From Auanema rhodensis (taxonomy: Eukaryota > Animalia > Nematoda), in NCBI GenBank assembly GCA_964057225.1, contig OZ059895.1, positions 23,126,001 to 23,190,000 of the forward strand: a DNA stretch of 64,000 bases, read 5' to 3'. Under the pieces are notes generated by a model. The model did not search any database, was not told the DNA's origin, and saw only the letters and a list, made by a program, of their open reading frames with translations. Numbering within the stretch: position 1 is the first letter of the stretch; each line of letters opens with the position of its first letter. Shown one piece after another: positions 1 through 11,000 of this stretch. The position numbers and the translations under genes were made by a program.

Positions 1-24
1 TGTAGTATAGTGCATTCGATGCGG

Positions 25-75
25 ATTTTTAAGCTGCGTCGATCTGTGTTATCAGATTTGCGCTAGCTTAAAAAT
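25..75. other. Long inverted repeat / hairpin H1 (present in every monomer; first copy shown)
   Basis: atttttaagct (25-35) is the exact reverse complement of agcttaaaaat (65-75). Inner arms are gcg (36-38)/cgc (61-63) and atctg (42-46)/cagat (53-57), with loop tgttat (47-52). Confidence 0.9.
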
Positions 76-92
76 GCACCGAGATATCAACT

Positions 93-114
93 GATATAAG
101 TTCACACTTATATC
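93..114. other. Inverted repeat / hairpin H2 (first copy shown)
   Basis: gatataagt (93-101) pairs perfectly with acttatatc (106-114), a 9-bp stem with loop tcac. An overlapping minor dyad is atatca (84-89)/tgatat (92-97). Confidence 0.9.
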
Positions 115-264
115 CTCGATTTTCACCCTGAAGAATTAATTTTTTCGTTGAATAACAATGTCTATCGTCTTTGCCTTGAAAAAAGGAATCTAAAAGCATC
201 TACTTTTTGCTAAATTATTTTGAAATTTTTCGAAAAAATTTTTGTCAAAATGTTTTTGGAAGCA

Positions 265-292
265 ATGTTGAGTGTACATGGAAACTCAACAT
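265..292. other. Inverted repeat / hairpin H4 (first copy shown)
   Basis: atgttgagt (265-273) pairs perfectly with actcaacat (284-292), a 9-bp stem with the 10-nt loop gtacatggaa. Confidence 0.9.
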
Positions 293-539
293 ACACTAAT
301 GCATCATTTTTCAAACGATCATAACTAATTTTTGTATTAAGCGTTTCTCAATGTAGTATAGTGCATTCGATGCGGATTTTTAAGCTGCGTCGATCTGTGT
401 TATCAGATTTGCGCTAGCTTAAAAATGCACCGAGATATCAACTGATATATGTTCACACTTATATCCTCGATTTTCACCCTGAAGAATTAATTTTTTCGTT
501 GAATAACAATGTCCATCGTCTTTGCCTTGAAAAAAGGAA

Positions 540-611
540 TCTAAAAACATCTACTTTTTGCTAAATTATTTTGAAATTTTTCGAAAAAATTTTTGTCAAA
601 ATGTTTTTGGA
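540..611. other. A/T-tract-rich nested dyad H3 (monomer positions 189-260; second copy shown)
   Basis: The core is the 12-bp palindrome tttttcgaaaaa (monomer 226-237). It is flanked by attttga (217-223)/tcaaaat (245-251) and by tctaaaaacat (189-199)/atgtttttgga (250-260), which match at 10 of 11 positions. Confidence 0.8.
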
Positions 612-3600
612 AGCAATGTTGAGTGTACATGGAAACTCAACATACACTAATGCATCATTTTTCAAACGATCATAACTAATTTTTGTATTAAGCGTTTCTC
701 AATGTAGTATAGTGCATTCGATGCGGATTTTTAAGCTGCGTCGATCTGTGTTATCAGATTTGCGCTAGCTTAAAAATGCACCGAGATATCAACTGATATA
801 AGTTCACACTTATATCCTCGATTTTCACCCTGAAGAATTAATTTTTTCGTTGAATAACAATGTCTATCGTCTTTGCCTTGAAAAAAGGAATCTAAAAGCA
901 TCTACTTTTTGCTAAATTATTTTGAAATTTTTCGAAAAAATTTTTGTCAAAATGTTTTTGGAAGCAATGTTGAGTGTACATGGAAACTCAACATACACTA
1001 ATGCATCATTTTTCAAACGATCATAACTAATTTTTGTATTAAGCGTTTCTCAATGTAGTATAGTGCATTCGATGCGGATTTTTAAGCTGCGTCGATCTGT
1101 GTTATCAGATTTGCGCTAGCTTAAAAATGCACCGAGATATCAACTGATATATGTTCACACTTATATCCTCGATTTTCACCCTGAAGAATTAATTTTTTCG
1201 TTGAATAACATCGTCCATCGTCTTTGCCTTGAAAAAAGGAATCTAAAAACATCTACTTTTTGCTAAATTATTCCGAAATTTTTCGAAAAAATTTTTGTCA
1301 AAATGTTTTTGGAAGCAATGTTGAGTGTACATGGAAACTCAACATACACTAATGCATCATTTTTCAAACGATCATAACTAATTTTTGTATTAAGCGTTTC
1401 TCAATGTAGTATAGTGCATTCGATGCGGATTTTTAAGCTGCATCGATCTGTGTTATCAGATTTGCGCTAGCTTAAAAATGCACCGAGATATCAACTGATA
1501 TAAGTTCACACTTATATCCTCGATTTTCACCCTGAAGAATTAATTTTTTCGTTGAATAACAATGTTCATCGTCTTTGCCTTGAAAAAAGGAATCTAAAAA
1601 CATCTACTTTTTGCTAAATTATTTTGAAATTTTTCGAAAAAATTTTTGTCAAAATGTTTTTGGAAGCAATGTTGAGTGTACATGGAAACTCAACATACAC
1701 TAATGCATCATTTTTCAAACGATCATAACTTATTTTGTGTATTAAGCGTTTCTCAATGTAGTATAGTGCATTCGATGCGGATTTTTAAGCTGCGTCGATC
1801 TGTGTTATCAGATTTGCGCTAGCTTAAAAATGCACCGAGATATCAACTGATATATGTTCACACTTATATCCTCGATTTTCACCCTGAAGAATTAATTTTT
1901 TCGTTGAATAACAATGTCCATCGTCTTTGCCTTGAAAAAAGGAATCTAAAAACATCTACTTTTTGCTAAATTATTTCAAAATTTTTCGAAAAAATTTTTG
2001 TCAAAATGTTTTTGGAAGCAATGTTGAGTGTACATGGAAACTCAACATACACTAATGCATCATTTTTCAAACGATCATAACTAATTTTTGTATTAAGCGT
2101 TTCTCAATGTAGTATAGTGCATTCGATGCGGATTTTTAAGCTGCGTCGATCTGTGTTATCAGATTTGCGCTAGCTTAAAAATGCACCGAGATATCAACTG
2201 ATATAAGTTCACACTTATATCCTCGATTTTCACCCTGAAGAATTAATTTTTTTGTTGAATAACAATGTCTATCGTCTTTGCCTTGAAAAAAGGAATCTAA
2301 AAGCATCTACTTTTTGCTAAATTATTTTGAAATTTTTCGAAAAAATTTTTGTCAAAATGTTTTTGGAAGCAATGTTGAGTGTACATGGAAACTCAACATA
2401 CACTAATGCATCATTTTTCAAACGATCATAACTAATTTTTGTATTAAGCGTTTCTCAATGTAGTATAGTGCATTCGATGCGGATTTTTAAGCTGCGTCGA
2501 TCTGTGTTATCAGATTTGCGCTAGCTTAAAAATGCACCGAGATATCAACTGATATATGTTCACACTTATATCCTCGATTTTCACCCTGAAGAATTAATTT
2601 TTTCGTTGAATAACATCGTCCATCGTCTTTGCCTTGAAAAAAGGAATCTAAAAACATCTACTTTTTGCTAAATTATTCCGAAATTTTTCGAAAAAATTTT
2701 TGTCAAAATGTTTTTGGAAGCAATGTTGAGTGTACATGGAAACTCAACATACACTAATGCATCATTTTTCAAACGATCATAACTAATTTTTGTATTAAGC
2801 GTTTCTCAATGTAGTATAGTGCATTCGATGCGGATTTTTAAGCTGCGTCGATCTGTGTTATCAGATTTGCGCTAGCTTAAAAATGCACCGAGATATCAAC
2901 TGATATATGTTCACACTTATATCCTCGATTTTCACCCTGAAGAATTAATTTTTTCGTTGAATAACAATGTCCATCGTCTTTGCCTTGAAAAAAGGAATCT
3001 AAAAACATCTACTTTTTGCTAAATTATTTCGAAATTTTTCGAAAAAATTTTTGTCAAAATGTTTTTGGAAGCAATGTTGAGTGTACATGGAAACTCAACA
3101 TACACTAATGCATCATTTTTCAAACGATCATAACTAATTTTTGTATTGAGCGTTTCTCAATGTAGTATAGTGCATTCGATGCGGATTTTTAAGCTGCGTC
3201 GATCTGTGTTATCAGATTTGCGCTAGCTTAAAAATGCACCGAGATATCAACTGATATATGTTCACACTTATATCCTCGATTTTCACCCTGAAGAATTAAT
3301 TTTTTCGTTGAATAACAATGTCCATCGTCTTTGCCTTGAAAAAAGGAATCTAAAAACATCTACTTTTTGCTAAATTATTTCGAAATTTTTCGAAAAAATT
3401 TTTGTCAAAATGTTTTTGGAAGCAATGTTGAGTGTACATGGAAACTCAACATACACTAATGCATCATTTTTCAAACGATCATAACTAATTTTTGTATTGA
3501 GCGTTTCTCAATGTAGTATAGTGGATTCGATGCAGATTTTTAAGCTGCGTCGATCTGTGTTATCAGATTTGCGCTAGCTTAAAAATGCACCGAGATATCA

Positions 3601-6600
3601 ACTGATATATGTTCACACTTATATCCTCGATTTTCACCCTGAAGAATTAATTTTTTCGTTGAATAACAATGTCCATCGTCTTTGCCTTGAAAAAAGAAAT
3701 CTAAAAACATCTACTTTTTGCTAAATTATTTTGAAATTTTTCGAAAAAATTTTTGTCAAAATGTTTTTGGAAGCAATGTTGAGTGTACATGGAAACTCAA
3801 CATACACTAATGCATCATTTTTCAAACGATCATAACTTATTTTGTGTATTAAGCGTTTCTCAATGTAGTATAGTGCATTCGATGCGGATTTTTAAGCTGC
3901 GTCGATCTGTGTTATCAGATTTGCGCTAGCTTAAAAATGCACCGAGATATCAACTGATATAAGTTCACACTTATATCCTCGATTTTCACCCTGAAGAATT
4001 AATTTTTTCGTTGAATAACAATGTCTATCGTCTTTGCCTTGAAAAAAGGAATCTAAAAGCATCTACTTTTTGCTAAATTATTTTGAAATTTTTCGAAAAA
4101 ATTTTTGTCAAAATGTTTTTGGAAGCAATGTTGAGTGTACATGGAAACTCAACATACACTAATGCATCATTTTTCAAACGATCATAACTAATTTTTGTAT
4201 TAAGCGTTTCTCAATGTAGTATAGTGCATTCGATGCGGATTTTTAAGCTGCGTCGATCTGTGTTATCAGATTTGCGCTAGCTTAAAAATGCACCGAGATA
4301 TCAACTGATATATGTTCACACTTATATCCTCGATTTTCACCCTGAAGAATTAATTTTTTCGTTGAATAACAATGTCCATCGTCTTTGCCTTGAAAAAAGG
4401 AATCTAAAAACATCTACTTTTTGCTAAATTATTTCGAAATTTTTCGAAAAAATTTTTGTCAAAATGTTTTTGGAAGCAATGTTGAGTGTACATGGAAACT
4501 CAACATACACTAATGCATCATTTTTCAAACGATCATAACTAATTTTTGTATTGAGCGTTTCTCAATGTAGTATAGTGGATTCGATGCAGATTTTTAAGCT
4601 GCGTCGATCTGTGTTATCAGATTTGCGCTAGCTTAAAAATGCACCGAGATATCAACTGATATATGTTCACACTTATATCCTCGATTTTCACCCTGAAGAA
4701 TTAATTTTTTCGTTGAATAACAATGTCCATCGTCTTTGCCTTGAAAAAAGAAATCTAAAAACATCTACTTTTTGCTAAATTATTTTGAAATTTTTCGAAA
4801 AAATTTTTGTCAAAATGTTTTTGGAAGCAATGTTGAGTGTACATGGAAACTCAACATACACTAATGCATCATTTTTCAAACGATCATAACTTATTTTGTG
4901 TATTAAGCGTTTCTCAATGTAGTATAGTGCATTCGATGCGGATTTTTAAGCTGCGTCGATCTGTGTTATCAGATTTGCGCTAGCTTAAAAATGCACCGAG
5001 ATATCAACTGATATATGTTCACACTTATATCCTCGATTTTCACCCTGAAGAATTAATTTTTTCGTTGAATAACAATGTCCATCGTCTTTGCCTTGAAAAA
5101 AGGAATCTAAAAACATCTACTTTTTGCTAAATTATTTCAAAATTTTTCGAAAAAATTTTTGTCAAAATGTTTTTGGAAGCAATGTTGAGTGTACATGGAA
5201 ACTCAACATACACTAATGCATCATTTTTCAAACGATCATAACTAATTTTTGTATTAAGCGTTTCTCAATGTAGTATAGTGCATTCGATGCGGATTTTTAA
5301 GCTGCGTCGATCTGTGTTATCAGATTTGCGCTAGCTTAAAAATGCACCGAGATATCAACTGATATAAGTTCACACTTATATCCTCGATTTTCACCCTGAA
5401 GAATTAATTTTTTCGTTGAATAACAATGTCTATCGTCTTTGCCTTGAAAAAAGGAATCTAAAAGCATCTACTTTTTGCTAAATTATTTTGAAATTTTTCG
5501 AAAAAATTTTTGTCAAAATGTTTTTGGAAGCAATGTTGAGTGTACATGGAAACTCAACATACACTAATGCATCATTTTTCAAACGATCATAACTAATTTT
5601 TGTATTAAGCGTTTCTCAATGTAGTATAGTGCATTCGATGCGGATTTTTAAGCTGCGTCGATCTGTGTTATCAGATTTGCGCTAGCTTAAAAATGCACCG
5701 AGATATCAACTGATATATGTTCACACTTATATCCTCGATTTTCACCCTGAAGAATTAATTTTTTCGTTGAATAACATCGTCCATCGTCTTTGCCTTGAAA
5801 AAAGGAATCTAAAAACATCTACTTTTTGCTAAATTATTCCGAAATTTTTCGAAAAAATTTTTGTCAAAATGTTTTTGGAAGCAATGTTGAGTGTACATGG
5901 AAACTCAACATACACTAATGCATCATTTTTCAAACGATCATAACTAATTTTTGTATTAAGCGTTTCTCAATGTAGTATAGTGCATTCGATGCGGATTTTT
6001 AAGCTGCGTCGATCTGTGTTATCAGATTTGCGCTAGCTTAAAAATGCACCGAGATATCAACTGATATATGTTCACACTTATATCCTCGATTTTCACCCTG
6101 AAGAATTAATTTTTTCGTTGAATAACAATGTCCATCGTCTTTGCCTTGAAAAAAGGAATCTAAAAACATCTACTTTTTGCTAAATTATTTCAAAATTTTT
6201 CGAAAAAATTTTTGTCAAAATGTTTTTGGAAGCAATGTTGAGTGTACATGGAAACTCAACATACACTAATGCATCATTTTTCAAACGATCATAACTAATT
6301 TTTGTATTAAGCGTTTCTCAATGTAGTATAGTGCATTCGATGCGGATTTTTAAGCTGCGTCGATCTGTGTTATCAGATTTGCGCTAGCTTAAAAATGCAC
6401 CGAGATATCAACTGATATAAGTTCACACTTATATCCTCGATTTTCACCCTGAAGAATTAATTTTTTCGTTGAATAACAATGTCTATCGTCTTTGCCTTGA
6501 AAAAAGGAATCTAAAAGCATCTACTTTTTGCTAAATTATTTTGAAATTTTTCGAAAAAATTTTTGTCAAAATGTTTTTGGAAGCAATGTTGAGTGTACAT

Positions 6601-8076
6601 GGAAACTCAACATACACTAATGCATCATTTTTCAAACGATCATAACTAATTTTTGTATTAAGCGTTTCTCAATGTAGTATAGTGCATTCGATGCGGATTT
6701 TTAAGCTGCGTCGATCTGTGTTATCAGATTTGCGCTAGCTTAAAAATGCACCGAGATATCAACTGATATATGTTCACACTTATATCCTCGATTTTCACCC
6801 TGAAGAATTAATTTTTTCGTTGAATAACATCGTCCATCGTCTTTGCCTTGAAAAAAGGAATCTAAAAACATCTACTTTTTGCTAAATTATTCCGAAATTT
6901 TTCGAAAAAATTTTTGTCAAAATGTTTTTGGAAGCAATGTTGAGTGTACATGGAAACTCAACATACACTAATGCATCATTTTTCAAACGATCATAACTAA
7001 TTTTTGTATTAAGCGTTTCTCAACGTAGTATAGTGCATTCGATGCGGATTTTTAAGCTGCGTCGATCTGTGTTATCAGATTTGCGCTAGCTTAAAAATGC
7101 ACCGAGATATCAACTGATATATGTTCACACTTATATCCTCGATTTTCACCCTGAAGAATTAATTTTTTCGTTGAATAACAATGTCCATCGTCTTTGCCTT
7201 GAAAAAAGGAATCTAAAAACATCTACTTTTTGCTAAATTATTTCGAAATTTTTCGAAAAAATTTTTGTCAAAATGTTTTTGGAAGCAATGTTGAGTGTAC
7301 ATGGAAACTCAACATACACTAATGCATCATTTTTCAAACGATCATAACTAATTTTTGTATTAAGCGTTTTTCAATGTAGTATAGTGCATTCGATGCGGAT
7401 TTTTAAGCTGCATCGATCTGTGTTATCAGATTTGCGCTAGCTTAAAAATGCACCGAGATATCAACTGATATAAGTTCACACTTATATCCTCGATTTTCAC
7501 CCTGAAGAATTAATTTTTTCGTTGAATAACAATGTTCATCGTCTTTGCCTTGAAAAAAGGAATCTAAAAACATCTACTTTTTGCTAAATTATTTTGAAAT
7601 TTTTCGAAAAAATTTTTGTCAAAATGTTTTTGGAAGCAATGTTGAGTGTACATGGAAACTCAACATACACTAATGCATCATTTTTCAAACGATCATAACT
7701 AATTTTTGTATTAAGCGTTTCTCAATGTAGTATAGTGCATTCGATGCGGATTTTTAAGCTGCGTCGATCTGTGTTATCAGATTTGCGCTAGCTTAAAAAT
7801 GCACCGAGATATCAACTGATATAAGTTCACACTTAGATCCTCGATTTTCACCCTGAAGAATTAATTTTTTCGTTGAATAACAATGTCCATCGTCTTTGCC
7901 TTGAAAAAACAAATCTAAAAACATCTACTTTTTGCTAAATTATTCTGAAATTTTTCGAAAAAATTTTTGTCAAAATGTTTTTGGAAGCAATGTTGAGTGT
8001 ACATGGAAACTCAACATACACTAATGCATCATTTTTCAAACGATCATAACTAATTTTTGTATTAAGCGTTTGTCAA

Positions 8077-11000
8077 TGTAGTATAGTGCATTCGATGCGG
8101 ATTTTTAAGCTGCGTCGATCTGTGTTATCAGATTTGCGCTAGCTTAAAAATGCACCGAGATATCAACTGATATAAGTTCACACTTAGATCCTCGATTTTC
8201 ACCCTGAAGAATTAATTTTTTCGTTGAATAACAATGTCCATCGTCTTTGCCTTGAAAAAACAAATCTAAAAACATCTACTTTTTGCTAAATTATTCTGAA
8301 ATTTTTCGAAAAAATTTTTGTCAAAATGTTTTTGGAAGCAATGTTGAGTGTACATGGAAACTCAACATACACTAATGCATCATTTTTCAAACGATCATAA
8401 CTAATTTTTGTATTAAGCGTTTCTCAATGTAGTATAGTGCATTCGATGCGGATTTTTAAGCTGCGTCGATCTGTGTTATCAGATTTGCGCTAGCTTAAAA
8501 ATGCACCGAGATATCAACTGATATAAGTTCACACTTATATCCTCGATTTTCACCCTGAAGAATTAATTTTTTCGTTGAATAACATCGTCCATCGTCTTTG
8601 CCTTGAAAAAAGGAATCTAAAAACATCTACGTTTTGCTAAATTATCTTGAAATTTTTCGAAAAAATTTTTGTCAAAATGTTTTTGGAAGCAATGTTGAGT
8701 GTACATGGAAACTCAACATACACTAATGCATCATTTTTCAAACGATCATAACTAATTTTTGTATTAAGCGTTTCTCAATGTAGTATAGTGCATTCGATGC
8801 GGATTTTTAAGCTGCGTCGATCTGTGTTATCAGATTTGCGCTAGCTTAAAAATGCACCGAGATATCAACTGATATATGTTCACACTTATATCCTCGATTT
8901 TCACCCTGAAGAATTAATTTTTTCGTTGAATAACAATGTCCATCGTCTTTGCCTTGAAAAAAGGAATCTAAAAACATTTACTTTTTGCTAAATTATTCCG
9001 AAATTTTTCGAAAAAATTTTTGTCAAAATGTTTTTGGAAGCAATGTTGAGTGTACATGGAAACTCAACATACACTAATGCATCATTTTTCAAACGATCAT
9101 AACTAATTTTTGTATTAAGCGTTTCTCAATGTAGTATAGTGCATTCGATGCGGATTTTTAAGCTGCGTCGATCTGTGTTATCAGATTTGCGCTAGCTTAA
9201 AAATGCACCGAGATATCAACTGATATATGTTCACACTGATATCCTCGATTTTCACCCTGAAGAATTAATTTTTTCGTTGAATAACAATGTTCATCGTCTT
9301 TGCCTTGAAAAAAGGAATCTAAAAACATCTACTTTTTGCTAAATTATTTTGAAATTTTTCGAAAAAATTTTTGTCAAAATGTTTTTGGAAGCAATGTTGA
9401 GTGTACATGGAAACTCAACATACACTAATGCATCATTTTTCAAACGATCATAACTAATTTTTGTATTAAGCGTTTCTCAATGTAGTATAGTGCATTCAAT
9501 GCGGATTTTGAAGTTGCATCGATCTGTGTTATCAGATTTGCGCTAGCTTAAAAATGCACCGAGATATCAACTGATATAAGTTCACACTTATATCCTCGAT
9601 TTTCACCCTGAAGAATTGCTTTTTTCGTTGAATAACAATGTCCATCGTCTTTGCCTTGAAAAAAGGAATCTAAAAACATCTACGTTTTGCTAAATTATCT
9701 TGAAATTTTTCGAAAAAATTTTTGTCAAAATGTTTTTGGAAGCAATGTTGAGTGTACATGGAAACTCAACATACACTAATGCATCATTTTTCAAACGATC
9801 ATAACTAATTTTTGTATTAAGCGTTTCTCAATGTAGTATAGTGCATTCGATGCGGATTTTTAAGCTGCGTCGATCTGTGTTATCAGATTTGCGCTAGCTT
9901 AAAAATGCACCGAGATATCAACTGATATATGTTCACACTTATATCCTCGATTTTCACCCTGAAGAATTAATTTTTTCGTTGAATAACAATGTCCATCGTC
10001 TTTGCCTTGAAAAAAGGAATCTAAAAACATTTACTTTTTGCTAAATTATTCCGAAATTTTTCGAAAAAATTTTTGTCAAAATGTTTTTGGAAGCAATGTT
10101 GAGTGTACATGGAAACTCAACATACACTAATGCATCATTTTTCAAACGATCATAACTAATTTTTGTATTAAGCGTTTCTCAATGTAGTATAGTGCATTCG
10201 ATGCGGATTTTTAAGCTGCGTCGATCTGTGTTATCAGATTTGCGCTAGCTTAAAAATGCACCGAGATATCAACTGATATATGTTCACACTGATATCCTCG
10301 ATTTTCACCCTGAAGAATTAATTTTTTCGTTGAATAACAATGTTCATCGTCTTTGCCTTGAAAAAAGGAATCTAAAAACATCTACTTTTTGCTAAATTAT
10401 TTTGAAATTTTTCGAAAAAATTTTTGTCAAAATGTTTTTGGAAGCAATGTTGAGTGTACATGGAAACTCAACATACACTAATGCATCATTTTTCAAACGA
10501 TCATAACTAATTTTTGTATTAAGCGTTTCTCAATGTAGTATAGTGCATTCGATGCGGATTTTTAAGCTGCGTCGATCTGTGTTATCAGATTTGCGCTAGC
10601 TTAAAAATGCACCGAGATATCAACTGATATATGTTCACACTTATATCCTCGATTTTCACCCTGAAGAATTAATTTTTTCGTTGAATAACAATGTCCATCG
10701 TCTTTGCCTTGAAAAAAGGAATCTAAAAACATTTACTTTTTGCTAAATTATTCCGAAATTTTTCGAAAAAATTTTTGTCAAAATGTTTTTGGAAGCAATG
10801 TTGAGTGTACATGGAAACTCAACATACACTAATGCATCATTTTTCAAACGATCATAACTAATTTTTGTATTAAGCGTTTCTCAATGTAGTATAGTGCATT
10901 CGATGCGGATTTTTAAGCTGCGTCGATCTGTGTTATCAGATTTGCGCTAGCTTAAAAATGCACCGAGATATCAACTGATATATGTTCACACTGATATCCT

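Larger units (their letters stand above)
1..7725. repeat. Subfamily domain 1 with a recurring 3-monomer unit
   Basis: The trimer [atttcaaa]-[tctatc+aaagcat]-[aacatcgt+attccga] occurs at 1757-2809, 4918-5970 and 5971-7023. The +1 variant cataacttattttgtgt appears only here (monomers at 1405, 3512, 4566). Confidence 0.8.

Noticed and set aside
143-159. CENP-B box-like motif (tttcgttgaataacaat)
   Set aside because: It matches only the TTCG....A half and lacks the essential CGGG.
128-235. Hammerhead ribozyme, as known from newt, schistosome and cave-cricket satellites (ctgaaga at 128-134 fits CUGANGA)
   Set aside because: No stem II links it to any downstream GAAA (178, 222, 232, 281), there is no stem I/III partner with a cleavage triplet, and the minus strand has no CUGANGA. 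An Infernal/Rfam scan would settle it.
221-235. Heat-shock element (tGAAa ttttt cGAAa)
   Set aside because: The middle nTTCn unit is absent, and such partial matches are expected in AT-rich DNA.
1-351. Monomer as an ancient dimer of two ~175-bp subunits
   Set aside because: I could not align the halves convincingly by eye; they share only short words such as tgcat and cgatc.
1-351. Assignment to a named family of similar length (Drosophila 1.688/359-bp, tenebrionid beetle ~350-360-bp satellites)
   Set aside because: Only length and AT content are similar and I recognise no sequence identity. A BLAST or Dfam search is needed.
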